64,000 bases of DNA from Eledone cirrhosa (lineage: Eukaryota). The stretch's first letter is position 1; each line of letters opens with the position of its first letter. The DNA lies in assembly GCA_964016885.1 (NCBI GenBank), contig CAXHJY010000287.1:1-64000 (forward strand). Reading direction: 5' to 3'. Below, piece by piece: positions 32,311 through 50,172 of the stretch. The position numbers were made by a program, and so were the translations under genes. Below the pieces are notes generated by a model. The model saw only the letters and a list, made by a program, of their open reading frames with translations, ran no database searches and had not been told where the DNA came from.

Positions 32311-32363
32311 GTATATATGTATATATATATATGTATGTGTGTATATGTGTATGTATGTATATG

Positions 32364-32414
<51 letters not shown>

Positions 32415-32421
32415 GTATATG

Positions 32422-32467
<46 letters not shown>

Positions 32468-33112
32468 TGTGTATATATGTATGTGTATATGTGTGTATGT
32501 GTGTATGTATGTGTATGTATATGTATATATATGTATGTACGTATATATGTGTATGTGTGTGTGTATGTATATATATGTGTATATATATGTGTATATATGT
32601 ATATATGTGTGTATATATGTATGTATGTGTATATATATATATGTATATGTATGTGTATATATATGTATGTATGTATATATGTATGTATGTATATATGTAT
32701 ATATATATATATGTATATATGTATATATATATATATGTATGTATTTATATATGTATATATATATATGTGTATATATATATATATGTATGTGTGTATATGT
32801 ATGTATGTATATATGTATGTATATATATATGTGTGTATATGTGTGTGTATGTATGTGTATATGTATGTATATATATATGTATGTATATATATATGGATGT
32901 ATATATATATGTATATGTATATATATATGTATGTATATGTATATATATATATATATGTGTGTATGTATATATGTATGTATATATATATGTGTGTATATAT
33001 ATATGTGTGTATATATATATGTATGTATATATATGTATATATATATATACATATATGTATATATATATACTTATATATATGCATATATGTAGATATATAT
33101 ACATATATTTAT

Positions 33113-33750
33113 GTCAGGTCACCAGTTGGTGCTACTGGTAACATGTATCCCAGTACAACCTGTCTCATGGTCGGGTCGTTGGCGACTAAACTGGCAACCC
33201 CACCAAGGTTTCTTGGTGAGGAGGGTGACTTTGGACATCCTGCAGGACTAAAAACAAAACCTGTCAAAGGGCAAAGGAGCTCTTAAGAGTCAATGGCCAT
33301 CCAAAATCACCGGGAGAGATGACCCCTTTAGCCTTAGTCAAGGCAGAATTCTAGGAGAAGGAAAACTCTGATATAACACCTGCAACCCTGATGGTATCCA
33401 ATGATGTTGACTTGTTCTTCTTTTTGGTAAATAGCATCTTGGTTAAGAGAGTGGGACTGGCTTTGTGCAGTGCCTTTGCTCACTATAAAAGCTTCACGGC
33501 ACAGGCATTGCTTTATATCTGGAGATCTCTCTGCACTTGTCCTCACATGGGCCCAGCACTATGTGTCAATAATTGTCCTACCATGGGCCTAGCACTATGT
33601 GTCAATGATTGTCACAGGTGTAGTGTTTGTACCAGAGGTTTCAAGTCGCTGGCTGGACTAAAAAGTCACACTCGTTCAGCGCTTCGGTAGGGGTTATCAT
33701 ACATGGATGTAAAGTAGTAGCCGTACTCGAAAACGAGTTGGCAGCCACCA
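33113..33750 (+). mobile_element. RTE-derived element, copy 5 (full length, internal ~35-bp duplication)
   Basis: catgggcc.agcactatgtgtcaat.attgtc occurs twice at 33547-33613. Confidence 0.8.
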
Positions 33751-33776
33751 TGTATGTATGTATGTATGTATGTATG

Positions 33777-33810
<34 letters not shown>

Positions 33811-33838
33811 TGTATGTATGTATATATATATGTATGTA

Positions 33839-33871
<33 letters not shown>

Positions 33872-33936
33872 ATATATATGTATGTATATATATATGTATG
33901 TATATATATATGTATGTATGTATATATATATGTATG

Positions 33937-33983
<47 letters not shown>

Positions 33984-34902
33984 GTATATATATATGTATG
34001 TATATATATATGTATGTATATATATATGTATGTATATATATATGTATGTATATATATATGTATGTATATATATATGTATGTATATATATATATGTATGTA
34101 TGTATATATATGTATGTATGTATATATATATATGTATGTATGTATATATATATATGTATGTATGTATATATATATATAAGTATGTATATATATATGTATA
34201 TATGTATATATATATATGTATATATGTATATGTATGTATATATGTATATGTATATGTATGTATATGTATATGTATATGTATGTATATGTATGTATATATA
34301 TATGTATGTATATATATATATATGTATGTATATGTATATATATGTATATATATATATATGTATGTATATGTATATATATGTATATGTATATATATATATG
34401 TATATGTATATATATATGTATATGTATATGTATATATATATGTATATGTATACATACATATACATACATATATATGTATATATATATGTATATATATATG
34501 TGTATATATATATGTATATATATATGTATGTATATATATATATGTATGTATATGTATATGTATGTATATATATATATATGTATATATATATGTATATATA
34601 TGTATATATATGTATATATGTATATATATGTATATATATGTATATATATATATGTATATATATGTATATATATATATGTATATATATGTATATATATATA
34701 TGTATATATATGTATATATATGTATATATGTATATGTATATATGTATATATATATATGTATATATATATATGTATATATATATATGTATATATATATATG
34801 TATATATATTTGTATATATATATATGTATATATATATATGTATATATATTTGTATATATATATATGTATATATATGTATATATATTTGTATATATATATA
34901 TG

Positions 34903-35089
<187 letters not shown>

Positions 35090-35140
35090 GTATATATATA
35101 TGTATATATATATGTATGTATATATATGTATATATATATG

Positions 35141-35173
<33 letters not shown>

Positions 35174-35861
35174 GTATATATATATGTATATATATATGTA
35201 TATATATATGTATATATATATATGTATATATGTATGTATATGTATGTGTGTATGTATGTGTATGTATGTGTATGTATGTATGTATATATATATGATTTCA
35301 GAAAGAGAGAGATATATAAGGAACACCGAATGAAAGAAGAGTTGAGCTGGCTGGCTAAGACTTTGTACATACATATACGTGTGAGAGAGCATAGAATGGG
35401 AAGACATTTCATAATTTGCAGGAGAAATAACACGTGTTAGTAGAAAGACAGTAATTGAAGTACTAAACTGAATGGAAGACATGTATAGTGGATTTGTGTA
35501 AGAAGTACGGCTACATTGAAACCGATAATCTGATATATAATAGAAATTCTGTAGGAAGCAATATCACTTGGGACTGTGGAATAATTGAGATGTACAAATG
35601 GATGTCGTTGTATACACAATGGTATTTATAGAAATCCCAAGTGGAAATGAGATTAAGCCTCATGTAATTGACCAAAGGTACAGGATTTATGGCTTCATCT
35701 TTTATTAGGCTGGGCACACATACTGTCACGCCATTCAGATTTTATATCTGTAGTTAGATAATTCTCAAAGTATCATCTGTGAAAATAAAAATAAAATGAA
35801 AATAAATGAAAAATCTGTTCAATTTTTCCCATGAATAACAAAAGACGGATTACTATAATGA

Positions 35862-36066
35862 TTTCTACTATAGGCACAAGACCAGTAATTTGGTGAAAGT
35901 CGATTATATCGACCCAAGTACGTTACTGGTGCTTTATTTTATCGACTGCATAAGGATGAAAGGCAAAGTTAACCTCGGCAGGATTATAACACATACCGTA
36001 AAGGGACTTAACTCTATGCTGCATAGCATGGTGTCAGACTCTCTACCGATACTGCCAATCCACCGA
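35862..36066 (-). mobile_element. SINE family 1; a further 3' fragment lies at 36140-36202
   Basis: Full body ending ctctaccgatactgccaat.caccg. Confidence 0.85.
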
Positions 36067-37685
36067 CCTACGACGGATTACTATAATAGTAATAGTTTTG
36101 TCTCTTAAAGTAACAATAATCCAATACATATTCAAATAATTGTTTCTACTTTAGGCACAAGGCCAGCAATTTTCCAGTACATTACTGGTACTTTATTTTA
36201 TCATATTCAAAAATGTCTTGAAATTGGTACTTTTATATATTTTTCCAAGGTTCCAGCAATGTATTGCTCATCATTCTTGCCTTGTTTACCTCATTCAAAA
36301 CATACACTCAACTTTACTTAGGAAATTTTCTTTTTTAGTTTTCCTCTGTTTTTTTTTCATTCGCAAAGAATTTATATCTACTAATATATTTGTGTTTTCA
36401 TTGATAATTTCGTTTTTATTGGACCTACATCAGAATATTGCAGACATCTGATAGTCATTTATCATAACTATATTGTAGGAGTGCTAATAGAGCTATGGTA
36501 TCTTGCAGGCGTTAAATTCAGACCTTTCTATTAACAATTGCAGTCAGATACCGTGGATATTTACTCTATCGACAAAGTTTCTATGGAAAGATATCCCATC
36601 GCTCTACTTTGATGAAATCTAGTTGTGCGCGTATTCAAACCAGTGAGCCCTCATCCATGAACTGGCGTAGCAAACGATGGCCTGAATCAAGTCCGTGCAT
36701 TTACCGCACATGGAAGTCTCTGCCTAGGCCAACATAATACCATAAGTGGAGATAGCAGACTCACAGAATATCCATGTAACAACGACATATGCAACGAATT
36801 ATGTTATAGACAACCAGCTACGAAGTTCTTTTTCGTATCAGTGCAAATGATAAAGTGGAGAATAACATGGTCAACAGTACAAAAAAGGAGATTTATTTAC
36901 AGTCTAACAATTGTTTCACGGATAGTTGTCTAAAAATTGCTAAACACTGTAAATAGTGCCACTCAATTTAAAATACATGTTGGCCCCTTCATATCTTCAG
37001 AAACTGTCAAAAAATATAAATATATGTGTAGCCGGCATATTTACAAATTCAAATTACAACATCAAAAATAATATTAATAATAAAATATAGAGAGAAAAAA
37101 AGGAAGGGGGATAGATATAGTAAAGAGAGAAAAGAAGGGAAGAAGAAAGAAGGGAAAAGAAAAAGAGATAGAGAAAGAAGAAATGATTACAGCTAAAAGT
37201 AACATGTATAGCATATGAGAGAAAAACACAAGTAGAAATAGGATAGAGAGAAGAAGGTAGATGGGCAAATAGATGAATAAACGTTAATGCATGAATAAAT
37301 GTAAGTCAAAATAAAGATAGATATATAGAAATATATAAGGAAATAAATGAAAAAATATATACAAAATTGATAGATAAATAAATAATAAATAAATAAATAA
37401 ATTACATCTAATGTAATATAAAATGGTATAATATGTGAAAAGTGAAGATGAAAATAAATAAATATATATGTAAAAGACGTAAAAAAGTACGAAGAATATT
37501 TAAACATAAGATTATTAAGAATAGTTTTTGCTAATTCTTAAATATATGGATAGATATTAAGTTGAAAATATGAGAATGTTGAATACAATTATGTATACAA
37601 TATATAACAGTTTTACAAATAAGCTTTGACGTACCCTATAAAATGCAACCACTGTTTTTGGAAGTCATCCGGATAGTCCGTTGTA

Positions 37686-37746
37686 TTTTGTCTGATGAAG
37701 GCATACCATAATTTAATTTGGTATCCCTGAAATATGTATAATGAAA
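37686..37746 (+). ncRNA. Type I hammerhead motif (family C)
   Basis: ttttgt CTGATGA aggcatacca..tggtatccct GAAA tatgta TA atgaaa taaa; runs into (TA)n at 37788. Confidence 0.72.
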
Positions 37747-37787
37747 TAAATATGGTTATATAAATATAGTTTCCATTTATTAATATC

Positions 37788-37834
<47 letters not shown>

Positions 37835-37889
37835 TATATACACACATATACATACACACATATATATATATATACACACATATATATAT

Positions 37890-37922
<33 letters not shown>

Positions 37923-37953
37923 AATATATATATATACACATATATATATACAC

Positions 37954-38038
<85 letters not shown>

Positions 38039-38091
38039 CACTTATATAAATATACATATATATATATATATACGCATACACATATATAAAT

Positions 38092-38146
<55 letters not shown>

Positions 38147-38284
38147 TAAATACATATATATATATATATATATAAATATATACATATATAAATACACATA
38201 TATATAAATACACACATATATATATATATACATATACATATATACACACACATATCTCTCTCTCTCTCTCTCTCTCTCTAGATA

Positions 38285-38315
<31 letters not shown>

Positions 38316-38646
38316 GTGTGTATATATATATATAAATATATATATGTGTATATATGTATGTGTGTGTGTATATATATGTGTATATATGTGTGTGTATATA
38401 TATGTGTATGTGTGTGTGTGTATATATACATATATATATATATATATGTGTATATATGTGTGTGTGTATATATATATATAAATATATATATGTGAATATA
38501 TGTGTGTGTGTATATATACATATATATATATATATATGTGTATATATGTGTGTGTGTATATATATATATAAATATATATATGTGAATATATGTGTGTGTG
38601 TATATATATATATATAAATATATATATGTGTATATATGTGTGTGTG

Positions 38647-38678
<32 letters not shown>

Positions 38679-38700
38679 CATGTCTGTATGTATCTATGTA
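37788..38700. repeat. Mixed (TA)/(CA) then (TA)/(TG) microsatellite with a (CT)n core
   Basis: Directly visible. Confidence 0.92.
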
Positions 38701-38832
38701 TATAAAAGGTAACCAGAAATAAAGACATCGGTACAGTATATGGATGAACTATATTAGGTTCACGCTTGAAATTGCGAGAAGGGGCTCTTAACATTTCGGA
38801 CACAAGTCCTTTAGAAGAAGAAAGTCTGTATG

Positions 38833-38875
<43 letters not shown>

Positions 38876-38999
38876 ATATGTGTGTATATGTTCGTGTATA
38901 TGTGTGTATATGTAAATATGTGTGTGCGTATATGTATGTATGTATAAATGTAAGTTTATATATATATGCATTTGTGCCTATATATATTTATATATATAT

Positions 39000-39273
39000 G
39001 TATATATATACCATCTATCTTTATATATATGTACATATACCATCTATCTTTATATATATGTATATATAAAATCTATCTTTATATATATGTATATATAAAA
39101 TCTATCTTTATATATATGTATATATACCATGTATGTATATATATATATGTATATGTATATATACCATGTATGTATATATGTATATATATATATATACGAT
39201 CTGTCTTTATATATATAATCATCTGTCTTTATATATATATATATGTGTATATATATATATATATACCATCTGT

Positions 39274-39312
<39 letters not shown>

Positions 39313-39363
39313 CATCTGTCTTTATATATATATATATCTATATATATCTATATACCATCTGCC

Positions 39364-39417
<54 letters not shown>

Positions 39418-39842
39418 ATCTGTCTATATATATATATATATATATATACCATCTGTCTATATATATATATATATATATATACCATCTGTCTATATATATA
39501 TATATATATATACCATCTGTCTATATATATATATATATACCATCTGTCTATATATATATATATATACCATCTGTCTATATATATATATATATACCATCTG
39601 TCTATATATATATATATATATACCATCTGTCTATATATATATATATATATACCATCTGTCTATATATATATATATATATATATACCATCTGTCTATATAT
39701 ATATATATATACCATCTGTCTATATATATATATATACCATCTGTCTATATATATATATATACCATCTGTCTTTATATATATATGTACCATCTGTCTTTAT
39801 ATATATATGTACCATCTATCTTTATATATGTATATATATATA
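39000..39842. repeat. Minisatellite of CCATCTGTC plus a variable (TA)n spacer
   Basis: About 20 fixed 9-mers separated by TA runs of differing length. Confidence 0.92.
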
Positions 39843-40650
39843 GGGAGAGAGAGATAGGTAGAAAAAACGATTGAAAATGAGAGATTGAAAGAAGTTGACA
39901 TTGAGAGAAAGACAGATATATATTTTTCTGCTTTAAAATAATTTTTAGATGGAATATTATTGAATACAGCAAAAATAGACAGGTTTTGTTGATTGGGTCA
40001 ATAAGTTTGCAACTAAAGACTACGATATAGAAATGAAGTATATCATATATCTATAACATAAAAAAAAAACCATATAAATAGCTACATAACAAAACTGTCT
40101 GCTGAGGAATACAAAAAGTGTAGAATGTTTAATGCTTAAAATAGTTAAGTTTACTATTCTTCAAATTCATCAATGTAGCCAGATATAGAATGGTTTGAAG
40201 AGATGGATGAGTTTTCCTCTACTTTTAAAAATTACACAAAATAGAAATATTGAAATCAATGTCTATTGAATAAATACATCAATACTTTAGAGATGAAAAT
40301 AATCAAAGCATTCCCACATTGATTAAAATTATATTCTATGTAAATTTCTCAGATTTAGTAAATATCAAAATACAGCCAGTTTGTGTTTGTTGGATGAATT
40401 TATGGAGGATAAGTAAACAACAGATTAAAATAAAATAAAATAGACAGAAAAATGAACGATAAAATTGCAACGAAACAAAGAGAAAGAAACAGTAAAATCA
40501 GGCATATTTCCAAAATATGATTCAGTTACTGGACATAATTGTGTGAGATTTTAAAATGTATATATGCATATATATATATATATATGTGTGTGTGTGTCTG
40601 TGTATATACGTGTGTATATGTATATATATATAAGTATATATCAGTATATA

Positions 40651-41273
40651 TGTCAGTGTTTAACAAACGAGCAACGGTGGTTGCTAGACACTACGGCTTA
40701 ATACGGGATGTTTGTTTACAAACACACCGAGCATTATAATAAATGTTCGGTGAATCCATACGTGCATATATATATGTGTGCATGTATGTATATATATATA
40801 TATATACATACTACTGTACGTCGGTATACATATATGTATGTACGTGTACATACTTATATGTAAGTAACAGCCGTACTAAGAGTGGGAAATGAAATATCGT
40901 TTCATTTTTTCCGTTTATCGTTTTCGGTGCACCCGGCCGATTAACCCACTCGATATGCAAATTGGGCTACTCAGCCGTTAATATGCATAAGGTAAGTATA
41001 TACGTTCAACAATCTGGCAGGAAGGTATACGTTGCTGACGATAGCTAACAAGCTTGAAACTAGTACAGCGTTCCTTTGTCAGTGTTGAACAAACGAGCAA
41101 CGGTGGTTGCTAGACACTACGGCTTAATACGGGATGTTTGTTTACAAACACACCGAGCATTATAATAAATGTTCGGTGAATCCATACGTGCATATATATA
41201 TATGTGTGCATGTATGTATATATATACATACTACTGTACGTCGGTATACATATATGTATGTACGTGTACATAC
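40651..41273 (+). mobile_element. 426-bp HHR-bearing unit in partial tandem (family F)
   Basis: ~200-bp direct repeats at 40651 and 41077, with the HHR immediately before the second. Confidence 0.75.
41030..41070 (+). ncRNA. Minimal type I hammerhead (family F)
   Basis: cgttg CTGACGA t-agct aaca agct-t GAAA ctag TA cagcg. Confidence 0.82.
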
Positions 41274-41311
<38 letters not shown>

Positions 41312-41365
41312 GTGTATGTATGTCTGTGTGTGTGTGTATATATATATGTGTGTGTGTGCATATAT

Positions 41366-41396
<31 letters not shown>

Positions 41397-41623
41397 TGTG
41401 GGTGTGTGTGTATATATATTGTGTGTGTGTGTGTGTATATATATATTGTGTGTGTGTGTGTATATATATTGTGTGTGTGTGTGTATATATATTGTGTGTG
41501 TGTGTGTATATATATTGTGTGTGTGTGTATATATATATATACACGTGTATATATATATATATATATATACATATATGGAGTGTATATACACGTGTATATA
41601 TATATATATATATATACATATAT

Positions 41624-42037
41624 GGAGGAAGTTATATCCAACTAGCCCACTCGGGTCCTTCTCTACGCAGACAGCTATCCAAAAGACACTCCACCAGACA
41701 TGACAACCGCTGCAGGCTAGCCAACTGCCCCATCAACGACACAGACTTATACCACCAGGCTTACGTCGTATACAGACTAGAGTGCGACAAATGCAGCAAC
41801 TTCTACGTAGGTAGCACGACCAGACCACTCCACATAAGAATAAAAGAGCACCTCAATACTAACGCTTCCTCATTTAAGAAACACATAGTTAATTGCAAAA
41901 ACACCGACAAAACCATAACAGTTAGGATAGAAACTAAGGAAAGAAATCTCGGCAATCTTAGAATTAAGGAAATTATAGACAAAACACAACCACCAATCAA
42001 TAATAGACTAGAACTCAACACCCAATTTATAACTTGA
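41624..42037 (+). pseudogene. Penelope-like GIY-YIG endonuclease C-terminus (5'-truncated element extending to ~42592)
   Basis: VVYRLECDKCSNFYVGSTTRPLHIRIKEHL..HIVNC..LRIKE..QPPIN; no RT domain or start codon. Confidence 0.9.
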
Positions 42038-42213
42038 TATAGCATCTAGCCCCATATTGAAGAGCCCCCGCCCACACACACGCCAACACGCGCACACACA
42101 CACACACGCTTCCACCTCGACTTATTCTCTCTCACACACACACATACACACACAAAGACCAGTTCTAACACGAGATAACATCTATCACCTACATTTACGT
42201 ATAGACATATCTT

Positions 42214-42256
<43 letters not shown>

Positions 42257-42440
42257 ACACCTCACACATTCTCCCACACACTTAAACAGGCATGTACAAA
42301 AAACCCTTTTAAAGGGAGACTACTCTTTATCCACCTAACCTTAACTCTTTGACATTAGAGATAGAACAGATACTCTATACCATTTCATGTCAACATGACT
42401 TGGCAAGCTATTTAGAACACTGGTTTAACCGCTTTACTTC

Positions 42441-42495
42441 CCTCCGAAGAAGAGATATTATCTCAAATATTAAGGACATTTAAAAAGATCTAAGG
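42441..42495 (+). ncRNA. Degenerate HHR in the 3' pLTR of the above element
   Basis: cct CCGAAGA ... TAAA a agatct a agg; both core segments are mutated, but the position is as expected. Confidence 0.35.
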
Positions 42496-42589
42496 TAACT
42501 GACTAATTGTCAACAATATCTTTTGTATTTGCATTCTTTATTCTATGTCCATACCTGCATTGTGTTGGCTTTATTATACATATACAAAC

Positions 42590-43500
<911 letters not shown>

Positions 43501-43647
43501 TATTTTCCGTTGTGTTGTAATATAAATATTACACACAGTAGATTATCAGCTCACGTAGAGTTTGCTCGACGGTTCCAGTTGTAGTTCCAAAAGTAATCCG
43601 GAGAAAAATAGAAAGATTTGAATGGATACAGTTTAGTTGAAAGGAAT

Positions 43648-43764
43648 TTATTGACACGTGTTTCTATAACAGTTACATAACCTAAAACAGCTATCTACAA
43701 ACTTTTAGTTATGCAGACATTCAATATTTCAATGTTATTATTTACTGTCATTTCATCAGAATAA
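43648..43764 (-). ncRNA. Type I hammerhead with long stem II (family H)
   Basis: Reverse complement: ttatt CTGATGA a-atgacagt..gcataactaaaa..ttttaggttatgt-aactgttat-a GAAA cacgtg TC aataaa. Confidence 0.78.
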
Positions 43765-44328
43765 TATTACTGAGGACCTATTTAGTTTTTATAGAGAATA
43801 TTAGGAGGGAGGGGTGAAGTTGTTAGAAGAATAGTTGAAGGAGTGGTTTTTCGATAGCAGTGAGAATTCTTGGTGGCAGTGAGTAATTAGATTCCCATCT
43901 GTTGTTTTGACATTTTTTATGGAATATATTATTGGTTATTTTTCTAAATCTATAGAAGGATTAGAGATAGTAAAGATATGCGTGGTTGGTTTTGTGTTTG
44001 CACTTAACATTCAGACTTAAATTTTTCTTTCAAGTGTACGTATTCTTTCACCCACGCATTCACACACAAATATATTTGCACACCTCTACAAAATACATAT
44101 ACTCACAATTCACATATTCATACTTACATATATATACACATGCATACACATATATATACACACATGTATTCATGTACATACATACGCGCTCATGTGTATA
44201 CATATTCATACTCAACTTATCTTTATATATACACACGTATAGACACACACATATATACATACATACTCTAGTCCATGTGTACACACATACACATACATAC
44301 ACATCCATATACACATACATACATACAC

Positions 44329-46318
<1,990 letters not shown>

Positions 46319-46689
46319 ACATCTATACATATATAATAATAACAATGATACTACTTATAGTTATGTATATAATATAAACAACTATAAACAGGAAAGATCA
46401 GTAATTTCTATATTTATACAATGCTATTAATTTATATATTTAATTATAAATGTATATATAATTTATTATTACATATTACATTAAATGTCTCTACATATTA
46501 TATATCCATTACTGTATATAATATAAGTAATCTATAGTAGTTATATTAAAAGGCGGTAACTTTTTGTTTATTTCTAATAGTTATTGTAGAGTATAAAGTT
46601 AGAGATAAATAGGAGTTGCGTAGAGGAAATCCTAGAGGTGAATTTTTAATGGTGGTGAGGAATTCAAATCTGACAGTGTTATATACTAT

Positions 46690-47530
46690 CAGCTAGGTTT
46701 AATGTTCTGGCACGAGTGTCGGTAGTGGTGCTGGCGTGAGGAAAGTATCTCTGATTTTCTATTTAGGAGGTCTAGTTTCGAAAGGATTATAGACGGGTCT
46801 CTAGAAGACAGAGTTTACACAATTTATTCGGTGGTTTATACGATGTGGCCCTACCTACTACTTCCCATTGAAGTGTATATGGTATATCCTAGATTTCAGA
46901 GAGTGTATGTAGCTAGATATAGAAGTGGAGTTGGCTAGATTGTGTTTTTTGAAAGAGTGGAGGTGCGAGTGTATCTCGTCTTGAAGCAGTACAAAGTAGA
47001 GCCAATATATGTTTTAGAAGGGTTGTTTGCGTTAACCGTGCATGAGTAAATGATGTCTTTGATTGAGCAATCATTACCTAAGGCGCAAGTTCAATTAGTT
47101 CTACAGTTACATTTATTATGGATGTTTGCTTGCCGGTTACTATGTTATGTAGCTGTCTGGTTGCCAAGGATAGCATTAGGGTAATGATGGTTGTCATTCC
47201 TATTGTTATTGATTCCATTAGTGTTATTACCATTATTACTATTACTACTAGGATTTACAGGTACTAAGTTTACCTCCTGTCGTGTTTTAATTAGTTGGAA
47301 ATAATTATTAATCTTCCTTTTTATTACTACTAGCTATATGGTACGCGATATTAGGTGTGGTAGGGTAATAGATTTAATGGTATTTTTATTAAGATTATGG
47401 TATTTATGGCCGGATGGGAAGTTATTTTTCCAGGATTGAGAAGAAAGCCTTAGGTAAGTTGGTAGAGACGTTTAGATTGAAAGGGGAATTGAAGAATGTA
47501 TTAGTTCTTCTATTTTTGTTTTTTGTAATG
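46690..47530 (-). pseudogene. PLE RT thumb/linker and GIY-YIG endonuclease, frameshifted
   Basis: Manual translation: FFNSPFNLNVSTN..KCNCRTN*TCALGNDCSIKDIIYSCTV..KTYIGST..FKTRY/HSFK..NSTSISSYI/LQWEVV..CKLCLLE/LLNRKSEI. Confidence 0.88.
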
Positions 47531-47852
47531 TTTTTTTAGGTATTTGTATTCCTGTTTATATTATTATTGTGGTGGTTACTTTGGTGCGAGTTAAGTTTGA
47601 TATTAGTCACCGTATAAGAGATAGTGGCTAGTACTTTTATTATTTTTCCTCGTGGCTATATTGTGAGAAATAATGTTGTAACTATGTGATTTTATAGGTA
47701 GGAATTCAATCCCATTGTTATGTCCTGGTGTGTATTTTATGTGATACATTTGCCATAAGTATTTATTTATTTATATATGCCTAATACCTTTGCTTGTTTC
47801 CTTCGCATATATATGCATATATGTGTATGCACACACATATATATATATATAA

Positions 47853-47911
<59 letters not shown>

Positions 47912-48190
47912 CTTAGACACACATACACACACACACACATACATATATCGATTAACTTTCGTCAAATCGGACCGAGGAAACAATGTTTCCATTGGTCTTT
48001 CCAATTGCTAATACTATCTTCACAACTTCAGGTAGAAGGAGTAACGTGAAATAAAGTGTCTTGCTCAAGGACATAACACATCTGCAATATTTCTGCTTTC
48101 ACTAGCGGTCAGTTCACGTGTGGGTCACTTTAACGGCCATAATTCATACGAGCTGGTAGTTGGCATTATATTTGCAGGCTGTGGGACTTA

Positions 48191-48270
48191 GCTATCTGAT
48201 GAACTTTACTTTTCCATTAGAAATTCACTGAATTTCTAATCTTTTGTAAAGCGAAACCGACGGTAATATC
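48191..48270 (+). ncRNA. Type I hammerhead motif (family J)
   Basis: tat CTGATGA a-ctttac..attagaaattc act gaatttctaat..gtaaag-c GAAA ccgacgg TA ata. Confidence 0.72.
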
Positions 48271-48458
48271 ATTATGAACAGGTAGATATTTAAATCATTT
48301 TTAAATTTATTTAAAGAATTGTTTAATGTTTTGTTTTTTTTTCGGCTCTTCTCAATTTGTATAGTTCTGGTATCTCAAATTAGTACCTTAGAACGACAAT
48401 TATATTATAGACACCCTATATATCTCTATACACTTGGTACTCACAGAGATATTTACCT

Positions 48459-48522
<64 letters not shown>

Positions 48523-48681
48523 GTTTGGGTGTATGTATGGAGAAATGTATCATTTGGTTGTTAAAATGTTTAATAATTATTTACTGTATATCTATATGTC
48601 TAGAAATATTCTGTTTTATGCCTTCATTGGGGGAAGAGAAAACTCATGGTTGTTGAAAAAAATAAACGCTATAGTAATTCT

Positions 48682-48790
48682 GTTTCTACTTGTGGCTTGT
48701 AGTTTGCAATTTTAAGAGAAAGAAATCTTGATTGAATCGACCCCTTATATTGTCGATCCTGTAAGGACTTAAACTTCGGATGTAATGGTT
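48682..48790 (-). mobile_element. SINE family 1, degraded
   Basis: tttctact..tcgacccc..tcgatcctgtaagga. Confidence 0.5.
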
Positions 48791-49103
48791 CGTGATTCTA
48801 GCAATAGTTCCGTTCACTGCAGTTTCTTGATGCAACTTAATACGTAGTTGTATTAATGATGATGATTAAGCTGAGGATGGTGACGGTGATGGCATAATTG
48901 ATTCAATGGTGTGGGGGGGGGGGGTTAAAGGGGCTGCCGTTGTTGTTGATATTGTTTTGTGTTGCTCTTTGTGCATGTGTGGGTGGCCGGTGTTGTGGTG
49001 TAGGATATATTGTTAATGAAGATGATGACAACTATGATGATGATGGTGATTATAATAAATAAGAAATGGGTTTACATTACTTCAGTATTCCGTATATTCT
49101 AAC

Positions 49104-49146
<43 letters not shown>

Positions 49147-50130
49147 CTTTTTTTCTATATAAAATTCCAAGATTGTGAGATTTTTACTGAGAACTGTAAT
49201 CGAACCAGAATTTTCTACATTGGTCAAACAGTTTCATATAACAGAATTCGTCTTATATGGTAATGTATTGCACGTTATTTTTCGTGTTTATATTATTATT
49301 TTTAAAAAGAACACACCGCAGAATACCAACAACAAACTAAACTAAAGATAAATGAAATACATAAACAACTGACACGGAGTTGGCTTAGAAATGTATTCTA
49401 TGAATAAAAAGAAAAAAAATCATTGATAGAATGAGGTATGAAAGAATATAAAGGAATTTATTGAAAAAGGCTCTATGGTAAATTATAAAAAAGAGGAAGT
49501 TTAGGAGAAATTAAGGACAAATAAAAACGAAAGCGGAGAATGATGATAACAAGAGAAGTAACAACAGCAGATTCAATGCCCGTAAAAGATAAGTTAGGCA
49601 TGATGAAAAAGCGCTATTGTGGGTATTTGCCAACAAACATTATTTCTTTTAACTTAATCTGTATGTCATTGTTACAAAAGGAAAAAAACGGCTAATAGAC
49701 AATTCTTAAACAACTGTAGCCCAGTTGCAGTTCATGAAAAGTTGGTCATTCTTACTGGTGGCAGCTTACAATTGATTGGACACAGAAGAATCGTCTTCGA
49801 AAGAAGCAAATCTTTAGAATATCAGAAAAGGTCATCGGTTGCCATTTTAAAAGTATTCAACTATCCCTAAACAATGAGGATGTTATGTTTGGAGTTTACA
49901 GAAGCTATAAACGATACCAAAGACGCTGTCTTATACGATTTTCGAGCGTTCTTCTGCGACAAGGCGATATACATGTAAATAGCTAATTACCTATGCTAAT
50001 ACACGACGACAAAACACGATATATCTTCTTATATCTTATCACCATTCATCCTCTCTACTTCGCTCTCCCGGTAATGTTTTTTCTTTTTTTCTATACATCT
50101 CTCACTCTATATATGTAGGTATTTGTTTGT

Positions 50131-50139
50131 ATGTATGTG

Positions 50140-50172
<33 letters not shown>

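Noticed and set aside
36480-36960. Higher-complexity stretch as a candidate host exon
   Set aside because: No sustained ORF or recognisable domain; would need RNA-seq
39360-39820. CRISPR-like repeat-spacer look of the CCATCTGTC array
   Set aside because: The repeat is only 9 bp, spacers are plain (TA)n, the context is eukaryotic and there are no cas genes
47091-47093. In-frame TGA in the PLE Cys-rich linker as possible selenocysteine
   Set aside because: It is not at a Cys position, and the ORF has other stops and frameshifts
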